Of a stretch of 64,000 bases of DNA, positions 26,473 through 35,731 are shown in pieces. Each line of letters opens with the position of its first letter. The first letter of the stretch is position 1. The position numbers were made by a program, and so were the translations under genes. Source of the stretch: Dehalococcoidia bacterium (GTDB taxonomy: Bacteria > Chloroflexota > Dehalococcoidia > Lucifugimonadales > VXLM01); the NCBI GenBank assembly GCA_034421575.1, contig DAOUKG010000023.1:40845-104844 (forward strand), in the 5' to 3' direction. The notes beneath the pieces are model-generated. The model saw only the letters and a program-made list of their open reading frames with translations. It did no database searches and was not told where the DNA came from.

Positions 26473-26799
26473 GTCCGATTTGAACGATCGGGGCAGAGCC
26501 TTTCCGGTATTGCGATAAAGACCGCCTGACCCGTTCGGCCTGAGCCTGTCGAAGGCCAGACTCGTGGTTCGACAGGCTCACCACGAACGTACACTCGAAT
26601 GGCCTTGGCGATGGCCGATTGGCGAAGGACTTAATCACCGATGGGTTGATGTGGTGATAGTTGGACGTTTGGTTGGAATGGCGGGGAGAACAAGACTGCA
26701 CGTGATCGCCAATGGCAGGTCCTCACCTTATTGACACCATCGGAGCAGGCCCGTAGCCTTCCGTGAAGCGAATAGACGTTGAGATGAGGAGCTTTTGAC

Positions 26800-28302
26800 A
26801 TGGCAGTGACCACTGACGCCTGTTTACCGCTTGGGACGGATAAGCACGTATTCGTCGACTGGAACATCATCGAACCGGGGTACGGGGTCGCGTGGGCCGG
26901 GAGGTCGCCCGGAGCGTGGGAGATGCCACAGGGCATCGAGCTTTCGACGCACAAGCCGCGCATCGACGACGGGCCGTTCCTGAGCGCGGACAAGCCGTGG
27001 GAGGCCACCGTCGGGAGTCACGGCGTTCTCTTCGAGGACGAGGGGGTGTACCGGTTCTACTACCGCATCCGCGCCCAGGAAGGCGGGGACGACGGATCGT
27101 ACCCGATGATGCTGGCCTACGCGGAATCGAGCGACGGCGTGACGTGGACGAAGCCTTCGGTCGGAACGGTGGAGTTCGATGGCTCGACGGACAACAATAT
27201 CGTCTACGGGCTGAACGTGGCGCGTGGCCGCTCGGTGAACAGCGCGAGTGTGTTCAAGGACCCGAACGGCGGGCCGAACGACCGCTACAAGCTGCTCTAT
27301 CGCGATCCCACGGAGAGGCAGGCGCCGAACCTCTACGGGGCAGTCTCGCCAGACGGCCTGCACTGGGAGACGCTGGACGAGCCGCTGATAACCAACTACT
27401 TCAGCGACACGCACAACGTCGTCGGGTACGACCCGAGGCGCGGGCAGTACGTAGCCTACGTCCGGGGCTGGACGAAGTTCGGCAGCGGCTCGCTGCACGG
27501 TCGCCGGACGATTGCCCACGCGGCATCGGACACGTTCGCGACGTCGTGGCCGAGGCCGGAGACGATCTACGAGGCTGACGCGCTGGACGGACCGGACACG
27601 GACATCTACACGAACGCCTACACTCCCTGGCCTGACGCGGACGCCTATCTGATGTTCCCGGCGTTCTACCAGAGGAACGCCGACATCGTCGAGATCCAGA
27701 TGCTCACGGGCCGGGACGGGGTGAGCTTTGAGCGACTAACCCGTGAGCCGATTGCGCCCGGCGGGGAGCCGGGAACGCCTTCGGAGGGCGGCTACTACGC
27801 CGGGTCGGGTCTCGTCAGCTACCGTGCCGGCGAGGTCTCGCTGCCCATCTCCGCGACGTGGCATACTCACAACGAGGGGCATTACGGAGTGACACGTACA
27901 TCCGGCACACATGGCGGGCACTGGTCGACCGCAACGTGGCGGAAGGACGGCTTCGTGTCGTTGGAGGCGCGGGACGCGGGCAGCTTCTCGACGGTGCCCA
28001 TCACGTTCGAGGGCGGGAAGCTGACGATCAACGCGTGGACGCGATTCGGCGGGGAGATCAGCTTCGAGCTGGCGGACGCGTCCGGGGAGCACATGGGCAA
28101 GTTCGGGCAGGGCGTGACCGCGGAGCAGGCGACGGCGATTCCGGGCAGGACGTTCGAGGACTGCGATCCATTCACGGGCGACAGCACGTGCCATACGGTG
28201 ACGTGGAACGGGGAGGCGGATATATCAGAGTGGACGAATCGCCCTATGCGCCTACGGGTGAGGATGCGAAGGGCTAGGCTGTACGCGATCCAGACGGCAT
28301 AG
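26800..28302 (+). CDS. Hypothetical protein, predicted beta-propeller glycosidase-like
   Basis: The ATG at 26800 lies 8 nt after GAGGAG. Repeated S-x-D-G-x-x-W motifs (SSDGVTWTKP, SPDGLHWETL, GRDGVSFERL) suggest a propeller fold. No precise family recognised. Confidence 0.6.
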   Translation: MAVTTDACLPLGTDKHVFVDWNIIEPGYGVAWAGRSPGAWEMPQGIELSTHKPRIDDGPFLSADKPWEATVGSHGVLFEDEGVYRFYYRIRAQEGGDDGSYPMMLAYAESSDGVTWTKPSVGTVEFDGSTDNNIVYGLNVARGRSVNSASVFKDPNGGPNDRYKLLYRDPTERQAPNLYGAVSPDGLHWETLDEPLITNYFSDTHNVVGYDPRRGQYVAYVRGWTKFGSGSLHGRRTIAHAASDTFATSWPRPETIYEADALDGPDTDIYTNAYTPWPDADAYLMFPAFYQRNADIVEIQMLTGRDGVSFERLTREPIAPGGEPGTPSEGGYYAGSGLVSYRAGEVSLPISATWHTHNEGHYGVTRTSGTHGGHWSTATWRKDGFVSLEARDAGSFSTVPITFEGGKLTINAWTRFGGEISFELADASGEHMGKFGQGVTAEQATAIPGRTFEDCDPFTGDSTCHTVTWNGEADISEWTNRPMRLRVRMRRARLYAIQTA

Positions 28303-28484
28303 AAACTACCTCAACATGCGCAGTGACGTTCTTCTCTACACAGGGGCTGAAGAACGCACGAGTGCAACGAGCTTGCCGAAGGGCGATTCTCTGCCAACGC
28401 GCATGGTCTTGAGATAGTTTTTCAGCCGGTCGCCCCAACGTCCGGTTACGACAACGCAGCAGCTACAGCGAGGAGTGCGGCCGA

Positions 28485-29948
28485 GTGACCGACCAACGGA
28501 CCATACTGGTCACAGGGGCCACGGGGTACATTGGCGGAAGGCTCATCCCCCGTCTCATCGAGGAGGGGCTCCGGGTTCGCGTCCTCGTCCGCAGCCGTGA
28601 ACGAGTGCTCGCGCGGTCCTGGTTTGATCAGGTCAACGTGGTCGTCGGAGACGCCCTCGACCCTCAAACACTGAAGGAAGCACTGGCCGGTGTGGGGACT
28701 GCCTATTACCTGATCCACAGCATGTCCAGGGGCGACCGATTCCACGAAGTTGACATGCGGGCCGCCCGCTCGTTCGGTCAGGCGGCCAAGGAAGCGGGTG
28801 TCGGACGCATCATCTACCTTGGCGGACTGGGAGACCCGGAAGCCAACCTCTCAAGACACCTGCGTTCCAGACAGGAATCGGGGCGGGCGCTCCGTGAGGG
28901 CGGCGTCCCGGTAACTGAATTCCGCGCCGCCGTCATAGTTGGTTCGGGCAGCATCTCCTTCGAGATGATCCGCTACCTGGTTGAGCGTCTGCCCGTCATG
29001 ATCTGCCCCAAGTGGATCTACTCCAGAATCCAGCCCATCGCCGTCGACGACCTCCTCGAATACCTCGTTGCCGCCCTCAACACCCCCGAAAGCGCAGGAC
29101 GCACCATCGAAGTTGGCGGAAGCGACACGACCACCTACCGTGGACTGATGTACGGCTATGCCAAGGCAAGAGGTCTCAGGCGGCTGATGATTCCGGTCCC
29201 TGTCCTGACTCCGCGTCTCTCCTCCTACTGGGTCCACTGGATGACCCCCATTCCCGCCGGAATCGCCGTTGCGCTCGTCGACGGCCTTCGCAACAACGTC
29301 GTCGTGACCAACGGCCTCTCACGCACGCTCTTCCCACACATCGAACCCAAGGACTACGTCTCGGCCATCGACAGTGTGATGACGGACCTGGACGAGGGAC
29401 GAATAGACACTTCCTGGAGCGATGCCACGGGCACGTTCAACGCGTCGGAGGAGGCGGTGCGCCTGGAATCCCGCGAAGGACTGATTTTCGAGCGCCGCCG
29501 CCGCAGAGTCGGCGCCCCGCCCCGGCTGGTCTTCGATGTTTTCACCGGCATAGGAGCCGCAAGAGGATGGTACTTCGCCAACTGGGCTTGGCGCATTCGC
29601 GGGATGCTGGACCGCATGCTGGGCGGCGCCGGTCTTCGCAGGGGCCGGCGTCATCCCGACCAGCTGCGCGTGGGCGACGCCCTGGACTTCTGGCGAGTGG
29701 AAGCCCTTGAGACCGGCCGGATGGTGCGCCTGAGGGCCGAGATGAAGCTGCCAGGTAACGCATGGCTGCAGTTCGAAGCCCGGGAAGCCCCGGACAATAC
29801 GACCCATCTGGAGCAGACGGCGGCGTTCGATCCGAGAGGTCTGGCCGGCCTGCTCTATTGGTACGCGCTCTACCCCTTCCACGCCTGGATATTTCGCGGA
29901 CTGATAAACTCGATAGCCGGCCGAGCGGAGCGCCGCCCCCGCTCTTGA
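28485..29948 (+). CDS. NAD(P)H-binding SDR/NmrA-like protein with C-terminal DUF2867-like domain
   Basis: GTG start after GAGGAG. The N-terminal ILVTGATGYIGGRLIPRL is a Rossmann motif. The ~150-aa C-terminal region (WRVEALE...NAWLQFE...) resembles DUF2867. Confidence 0.75.
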   Translation: MTDQRTILVTGATGYIGGRLIPRLIEEGLRVRVLVRSRERVLARSWFDQVNVVVGDALDPQTLKEALAGVGTAYYLIHSMSRGDRFHEVDMRAARSFGQAAKEAGVGRIIYLGGLGDPEANLSRHLRSRQESGRALREGGVPVTEFRAAVIVGSGSISFEMIRYLVERLPVMICPKWIYSRIQPIAVDDLLEYLVAALNTPESAGRTIEVGGSDTTTYRGLMYGYAKARGLRRLMIPVPVLTPRLSSYWVHWMTPIPAGIAVALVDGLRNNVVVTNGLSRTLFPHIEPKDYVSAIDSVMTDLDEGRIDTSWSDATGTFNASEEAVRLESREGLIFERRRRRVGAPPRLVFDVFTGIGAARGWYFANWAWRIRGMLDRMLGGAGLRRGRRHPDQLRVGDALDFWRVEALETGRMVRLRAEMKLPGNAWLQFEAREAPDNTTHLEQTAAFDPRGLAGLLYWYALYPFHAWIFRGLINSIAGRAERRPRS

Positions 29949-29983
29949 CCGTTGGGACGATTCGGCATTACCGTAAGGGTGTC

Positions 29984-31222
29984 ATGAACGTCTTCTTCGT
30001 CATCATCCTCATCGCCGTCGTCGTCGAATTCCTGCTCGGCGTCGTTTCCAACCTCCTGAACCTTTCCGCGCTCAGACCCGAAGCGCCGGAGGGACTGGAG
30101 GACGTCTACGAGCCGGAAAAGTACGCCAAGTCGCAGGAGTACACGAAGGTCAACACGGGTTTCGACCTGATAGTCAGCACATTCAAGCTGGCGTTGCTGC
30201 TGACGTTCTGGCTGTTCGGCGGATTCAACTGGCTCGATGAGCTGGTGCGAGGCTGGGAACTCCACGTGATCCTGACGGGCGTGGTCTACATCGGGCTGCT
30301 TGGGCTTGCCTACATGGTGATCACCATGCCATTCAGCATCTACAAGACGTTTGTGATCGAGGCGCAGTTCGGGTTCAACAAGACCACTTGGGGCACGTTC
30401 GTCATGGACAGGGTGAAGGCACTGGGGCTGGCGATCGTGCTTGGAGCGCCACTGCTGGCGGCGGTGCTGGCGTTCTTCGAGTACGCGGGCGACCTGGCAT
30501 GGCTGTACGCCTGGGGCGCCGTGACGGTTGTGACGCTGGCAATTCAGTTCGTCGCGCCGACGTGGATCATGCCCCTGTTCAACAAGTTTACCCCCCTGGA
30601 GGAGGGAGAGCTCAGGGACTCGATCCTCGACTACGCAAAGTCGGTGAACTTCACGGTCAACAACATCCTCGTCATGGACGGGTCGAAGCGTTCCAGCAAG
30701 TCGAACGCCTTCTTCACGGGTTTCGGAAAGAACAAGCGCATCGCCCTGTTCGACACGCTCGTGGAGAACCACACGGCGCCGGAGCTCGTGGCGGTGCTCG
30801 CGCACGAGATAGGGCACTACAAGAAGAAGCACATCATCCAGTCCATGGTGGTGGGCGTGGTCCAAACGGCGATCATCTTCTTCCTGCTCTCTATCTTCCT
30901 GAGCAGCGAGGGGTTGTTCGACGCGTTCCTGATGGATGAGATGTCGGTGTACGCAGGGCTCCTGTTCTTCGTCCTGTTGTATACGCCGGTCGACATCGTG
31001 CTGTCGATGGCGCTCCAGTACGTATCGCGAAAGCACGAGTACGAGGCCGACAGGTGGTCGGTTGATACGTACTCCCGACCCGAGGAGTTGTCCAGCAGCC
31101 TGAAGAAGCTCTCGCAGGACAACCTGTCGAACTTGGGGCCGCACCCCTTCTATGTATTCCTGAACTACACGCATCCGCCGCTGAAGGAACGGATTGGGGC
31201 TATAGAGCGATCTCGTACCTAG
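29984..31222 (+). CDS. M48 family zinc metallopeptidase (Ste24/HtpX-like), multi-pass membrane
   Basis: HEIGHYKKKH (HExxH) plus a downstream E (HEYEAD), several TM helices and C-terminal THPPLKERI. The stop codon TAG (31220-31222) straddles the MITE junction. Confidence 0.88.
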   Translation: MNVFFVIILIAVVVEFLLGVVSNLLNLSALRPEAPEGLEDVYEPEKYAKSQEYTKVNTGFDLIVSTFKLALLLTFWLFGGFNWLDELVRGWELHVILTGVVYIGLLGLAYMVITMPFSIYKTFVIEAQFGFNKTTWGTFVMDRVKALGLAIVLGAPLLAAVLAFFEYAGDLAWLYAWGAVTVVTLAIQFVAPTWIMPLFNKFTPLEEGELRDSILDYAKSVNFTVNNILVMDGSKRSSKSNAFFTGFGKNKRIALFDTLVENHTAPELVAVLAHEIGHYKKKHIIQSMVVGVVQTAIIFFLLSIFLSSEGLFDAFLMDEMSVYAGLLFFVLLYTPVDIVLSMALQYVSRKHEYEADRWSVDTYSRPEELSSSLKKLSQDNLSNLGPHPFYVFLNYTHPPLKERIGAIERSRT

Positions 31223-31401
31223 GTTGTGTTGACATTTCCCGTCATTCCCGCGAAAGAACGTCACCCCGTACCACGATACGGGGCGGGAATCCAGAGTCGG
31301 GTACACATATACTCTCTATGAGGAATGGATTCCCGCTTTCGCGGGAATGACGACTTGATAGCGGATAACAGGGAGAATTTCAAGAATGTCAGCACAACCT
31401 A
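31220..31401 (+). mobile_element. MITE copy B (178 bp plus TA flanks), carrying a nested hairpin insertion
   Basis: TA|ggttgtgttgacatttcccgtcattcccgcgaaag[aacgtcaccccgtaccacgatacgggg]cgggaatccag...aagaatgtcagcacaacc|TA. The bracketed ~27 nt are absent from copies A and C. Confidence 0.9.
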
Positions 31402-31457
31402 TCGAGCGTAGGCGGGTCAGATAGCCATCTTCGACACCGTTGAATGAGGGGCCCGAT

Positions 31458-32240
31458 ATGCTCACACAAGACCAGATCGACCACTATGAGGCGTTGGGAT
31501 TCCTCGTACTTCGTGGACTTCTGTCCCACGACGAAATGGACGAGCTTCGCGCGGCTTCTCTGAGCGTCATGCGGGAACTGCGGGGGACCGACGAGTACCA
31601 GACCGTCGAGAACCAGTCCGTACAGCCGTGGCTGGAACGTCACCCAGCCATGCGGGACCTGATCGACGACGAGCGCATTCACCAGATACCGGAATCATTG
31701 CTGGGGCCGGACTTCTGGCTCGACGGGACGGAGGGACACCTGCGCGTCGGGGATACCCAATGGCACGGCGATGACGTGCATGATGAAGATCTTGGGTGGG
31801 TGAAGATTGCCATCTACCTCGACCCGCTGACGAAGGACGACGGGTGTCTCCGCGTGATTCCGGCGTCGCATCGACGGCATGACCCCGACCACCTGTCGGT
31901 GCTCCGAGAAGGCAACTATGATCCGGATGGCACAGTACTCGGAATGCGACCGGACGAGATTCCCTCAGTGGCGCTGGAGACGGAGCCGGGAGACGTGCTG
32001 GTGTTCACGGAGGGAGTCATCCATGGGGCGTTCGGGGGCGGAGTGGGAAGGCATCAGATATGCGTCAGCTTCGTCGAAAACCCTAAGTCCGAAAGACATT
32101 TGAAGCAGATTATGGACTTCTACGGCAACAGCACGTGGTCGCTCAGGCCCACCCGGAGCTACGTCGACAGCGACAGGCCCCGGATCCGCCGGATGGTGGA
32201 GAAGCCGCTTGAATGGGGTTTCGGAGTGCTGGAATACTAG
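31458..32240 (+). CDS. Phytanoyl-CoA dioxygenase (PhyH) family oxygenase, copy 2
   Basis: MLTQDQIDHYEALGFLVLRGLL, WHGD and VIPASHRRH motifs. An alternative TTG start lies at 31440. Confidence 0.8.
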   Translation: MLTQDQIDHYEALGFLVLRGLLSHDEMDELRAASLSVMRELRGTDEYQTVENQSVQPWLERHPAMRDLIDDERIHQIPESLLGPDFWLDGTEGHLRVGDTQWHGDDVHDEDLGWVKIAIYLDPLTKDDGCLRVIPASHRRHDPDHLSVLREGNYDPDGTVLGMRPDEIPSVALETEPGDVLVFTEGVIHGAFGGGVGRHQICVSFVENPKSERHLKQIMDFYGNSTWSLRPTRSYVDSDRPRIRRMVEKPLEWGFGVLEY

Positions 32241-32338
32241 GGCTGTGCGGGAGAGGGGCGAAAGGGCGAACAGAATGAACATATCGCGCCTATTGTAGAT
32301 AACGCGCGGATGGTATATACTATGCGGATAGAGGCGAT

Positions 32339-32728
32339 ATGGAAGGCAACTCAGGAAAATACCTGTCAATAAAAGAAGCGTCCGTGGCCTACGAGGTCAG
32401 CCGGACGAAGATCCACCGGCTCGTCAAGAGCGGGGCCGTCCGCTCCTCCAGGGACCCGCGTGACGATAGAATTACCCTGGTGAGAGTTGACGACCTCGAC
32501 AGCCGGTTCCGTGGAGATACCGTCATGGACACATATAGCGCGGCGTACACCGGCGTTGCGACCGCTGACAGACTCAACAGGATGAACGCCATCCGTGCGA
32601 GCGGCAGTGTGGCCGGGACCGGGAGCGACAGCACCGACATACTTCGCGCCCAGAGAGAGGCCCGCAGCCGGGAGCTTGACATGCGCTCGGCGGGATCAGA
32701 CGCCGTCGCAGACGAGTACACGCGGTGA
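32339..32728 (+). CDS. HTH (excisionase/MerR-like) DNA-binding protein, putative antitoxin of the downstream PIN toxin
   Basis: LSIKEASVAYEVSRTKIHRLVKSGAV helix-turn-helix. Its stop overlaps the GTG start of the PIN gene (GTGA at 32725-32728). Confidence 0.6.
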   Translation: MEGNSGKYLSIKEASVAYEVSRTKIHRLVKSGAVRSSRDPRDDRITLVRVDDLDSRFRGDTVMDTYSAAYTGVATADRLNRMNAIRASGSVAGTGSDSTDILRAQREARSRELDMRSAGSDAVADEYTR

Positions 32729-33159
32729 CCGTCGTCGTCGATGCCAACATCGCGGTGAAATGGGTCGCTGAGGAACTCGACAGCGCGGAGGCCGTGTCGT
32801 TATACCGTGACTGGGCGGAGCGGGCCGAGCTGCTCATAGCGCCCCCGATCTTCCGGCCTGAGGTCACGAACGTGCTGTACCAGAAGATCCGGCGCGGAGA
32901 GCTTGGTCTTGGCGCAGCGATCGAGGCGATGGACGCGATCTACGATGCCGTATCCATTCAAGAGCCTGCCGGTCTCTACACCGACGCGCTGTCGATAGCG
33001 CAGGCCATAGACGTGGGGGCAACCTACGACCCGCTCTACCTCGCACTGGCAGAGGCTGAACGGTGCGACCTCTGGACGGCGGACAGGCGGTTCGTCCGGG
33101 CGGTGGGATACCGGTCATCACGTGTCCGCTGGCTTGGCGAACTGTCGATGGAACCATAA
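32725..33159 (+). CDS. vapC: PIN-domain ribonuclease toxin (VapC family)
   Basis: VVVDANIAVKW (first acidic residue), E in RPEVTNVL, then TYDPLYLALAE and LWTADRRF. This is the canonical PIN acidic quartet spacing. Confidence 0.8.
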   Translation: MTVVVDANIAVKWVAEELDSAEAVSLYRDWAERAELLIAPPIFRPEVTNVLYQKIRRGELGLGAAIEAMDAIYDAVSIQEPAGLYTDALSIAQAIDVGATYDPLYLALAEAERCDLWTADRRFVRAVGYRSSRVRWLGELSMEP

Positions 33160-33168
33160 GGAGCACAC

Positions 33169-34236
33169 GTGGATCGCGTACGTTTGGCAATCGTCGGATG
33201 CGGGACAATCTCTCGAATGAATACGCCGGGCTACCTGCGCGACGAACGGTGCGAGATCGTCGCCCTTTGCGACCCCCTGCGGGAGCGCGCAGAGGAGTGC
33301 GCTGCGGAGTGGAGAATATCGCCGGCCATCTACACCGACTATGAGGAGGTACTGGCCGATCCGAACGTCGACGCGGTGGAGCTGCTGACGCCGACGCACC
33401 TCCACGCAGACCAGATCGTCGCGGGGCTGGAGGCAGGCAAGCACGTGTCGTGCCAGAAGCCCATCGCCGTCTCCATGGCGGAGGCGGACCGGATAGGCGA
33501 GGCCGTTGCCAAGGCGAAGACACTGTTTCGGATATCAGAGAACTTTCTGTTCTACCCGCCCATCGTCAAGGCGAAAGAGTTGCTGGACTCCGGCGCGATT
33601 GGCGACCCGAACATGGTGAGGATTCGCACGGTGATCGGCAGCTACGAGCTCACCGTGAACGAATTCAATCTTGCCGATGGCGCAATGGAGTGGCGCAGTG
33701 ACGCGGCCCGGCAGCCGGGCGGCAAGCTGTATGACGACGGAGTCCACAAGTACGCTACGGCGATGTATTGGGTGGGTGACTTCGAGAGCGTCTACAGCAT
33801 CGTGACGAAGGCGGACGACTTCATCATCGAGGCGCCGAGTTCCACGATGTGGCGGTTCAAGGACAGGAACTGCCTTGGGGTCATCGACTATGCGCTGGCG
33901 GACGAGATGCCACTCCGAAGTAGGTACTACCCGATGGACGAGTTCTTCGAGATCGTGGGACCTAAGGGCGTTATCTGGGTGACGCGCTGCACGGGCGAGA
34001 TGCTCGACATGCCGCCGGTGGTCCTGCACCGGGGCAGCGAGTCGACCGGCTTCGATGTCCCGATGGACTGGGTCGAGGGCTTCAACGGCGCGGCGAGGAA
34101 CTTCATCGACTGCATCATCTCCGGTGAGCAGCCGGTGATGGACTTCGAGTTCTCCCGAAAGGTGCTGCAGGCGGCACTGGGAGTGTACAGGTCGTCGGAG
34201 ATGAACCTGCCGTTGGAACTGGCGAGCGTCCAGTGA
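33169..34236 (+). CDS. Gfo/Idh/MocA family oxidoreductase (copy 2)
   Basis: VRLAIVGCGTISR Rossmann N-terminus and CQKPIAVS (EKP-like). GTG start 5 nt after AAGGAG. Confidence 0.85.
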   Translation: MDRVRLAIVGCGTISRMNTPGYLRDERCEIVALCDPLRERAEECAAEWRISPAIYTDYEEVLADPNVDAVELLTPTHLHADQIVAGLEAGKHVSCQKPIAVSMAEADRIGEAVAKAKTLFRISENFLFYPPIVKAKELLDSGAIGDPNMVRIRTVIGSYELTVNEFNLADGAMEWRSDAARQPGGKLYDDGVHKYATAMYWVGDFESVYSIVTKADDFIIEAPSSTMWRFKDRNCLGVIDYALADEMPLRSRYYPMDEFFEIVGPKGVIWVTRCTGEMLDMPPVVLHRGSESTGFDVPMDWVEGFNGAARNFIDCIISGEQPVMDFEFSRKVLQAALGVYRSSEMNLPLELASVQ

Positions 34237-34289
34237 CCGGCACGCTTCCCGCTTGACACCCGTAGCTAGCGACGTTGATACTTGACCTT

Positions 34290-35723
34290 ATGAAGCGTCT
34301 GTTGTGGGTCTTCCTATTGCCGGTGTTCATTCTGGCAGCCTGCGGTGGAGATACCACCGATAGCGATCCGACTTCCATCCCTGAGGAGCCCCCTCCTGCC
34401 TCTCCGGAACCCACCACGCCCCCCGAACCCACGTCCACTCCCGAGCCCACAAGCCCTCCCACTGCCTCCACGTCGGAAAACCCGATCCTGCCGACCGTGC
34501 CCGTTCCGTTGGACGAGCCGAATATCGACAACATAACCGCCAGGAAGCTGGCGAGGGCGGGGATTCGCGCAAACATGATCCGGGGTCTGACCCTGGATGC
34601 TCCGTTGGAAACCGTCTTGGAAAGGCAGACCGTCACCTCGCAGGAGTTTCGGCAACGAATTGCAGAGGTATACGAGGGGCAGCGGGACAAGATTGAGGGA
34701 GACCAGCTGCTGTATGAGACCCTCGACCTGATGGAGCCGGGGACGAGTCTCTACGACACGCTCTTGACCTTCAGCAGCGAGGGAACCCTCGGCTGGTTCA
34801 ACTTGGACGAGGAAAAGCAATACGTCGTCCTGGATTCCGAGGACCTCACTCTCGCCCACGAGCGTTCGTACGTCAACGAATACGTCAACCACCTGCAGGC
34901 CGTCAACTTCGACATCCGGGCGAAGTACGAAGCGACCGAGGGCAACGAAGACGCAAGGCAGGCGCTTCGAGCGGTCTTGGAAGGTGACTCCGGCATAGGA
35001 GAGTACATCTACGCCACGGAGCATTTCACGACCGAGGAGCAGGCGGCCTCCGTCCTCGAACCGAGTGATGAGTTTCGCGCCGCCATCAATTTCGCGCCGT
35101 ACATCGCCATACGCAATTTCATCTTCCCCTTCGCTGAGGGTCTCGACTTCGCCGTGCAGCTATTCCAGTCGGCCGGCGGCTGGGGCGCACTCAACCAGGC
35201 CCTCGAGACGCCGCCGGCATCGACGGAACAGATTCTCCACCTTGAAAAGTACGCGGCGGGCGAGATGCCGATAAGCGTAGCAATGCCTGGCCTCGGCGGG
35301 GTCCTTGGCAGCGAGTGGTCGCATGTTCGTACGGACGTGCTCGGCGAACTCTTCATCACGGCCTGGCTGGAGACCGACTTCTCGCAGCAGGCGGCTTCGA
35401 TAGCCGCGACCGGCTGGGGCGGAGACGCCTACTCACTGTTCGAAGGTTCGAACGGCCAGGGCCTCCTCGTCCTCGCGACGGTCTGGGACACCGAACAGGA
35501 CGCCGAGGAATTCTTCGCAGTTGTTCGGCAACACGCCGAAGCGCGCTCCAACGCGAACTGGTTGGACTCATCGGTCGCGCCGGGGGCCGTTTCCATCACC
35601 CTGCCCGACCGCGTGGTCCACGCCGAACAGAAGGGGTCGAGTGTCTTTCTGATCTATGCGCCTGATGCCGCACTCATCGAGACGTTGCGCAATGCGGCGG
35701 CCGGACCGCTGGGGCTGGACTGA
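34290..35723 (+). CDS. Hypothetical lipoprotein with P/T/E-rich linker
   Basis: MKRLLWVFLLPVFILAACGG lipobox, then a PEEPPPASPEPTTPPEPTSTPEPTSPP linker and a ~400-aa domain of unknown family. Confidence 0.6.
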   Translation: MKRLLWVFLLPVFILAACGGDTTDSDPTSIPEEPPPASPEPTTPPEPTSTPEPTSPPTASTSENPILPTVPVPLDEPNIDNITARKLARAGIRANMIRGLTLDAPLETVLERQTVTSQEFRQRIAEVYEGQRDKIEGDQLLYETLDLMEPGTSLYDTLLTFSSEGTLGWFNLDEEKQYVVLDSEDLTLAHERSYVNEYVNHLQAVNFDIRAKYEATEGNEDARQALRAVLEGDSGIGEYIYATEHFTTEEQAASVLEPSDEFRAAINFAPYIAIRNFIFPFAEGLDFAVQLFQSAGGWGALNQALETPPASTEQILHLEKYAAGEMPISVAMPGLGGVLGSEWSHVRTDVLGELFITAWLETDFSQQAASIAATGWGGDAYSLFEGSNGQGLLVLATVWDTEQDAEEFFAVVRQHAEARSNANWLDSSVAPGAVSITLPDRVVHAEQKGSSVFLIYAPDAALIETLRNAAAGPLGLD

Positions 35724-35731
35724 CAGGCCGG

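Noticed and set aside
26460-26545. tRNA-like T-arm on the minus strand (ccgat-cgttcaa-atcgg) near 26473-26490.
   Set aside because: The loop is not the canonical TTCRANY. No complementary 5' acceptor strand or anticodon arm can be found at the right distance, and no CCA or discriminator context is present.
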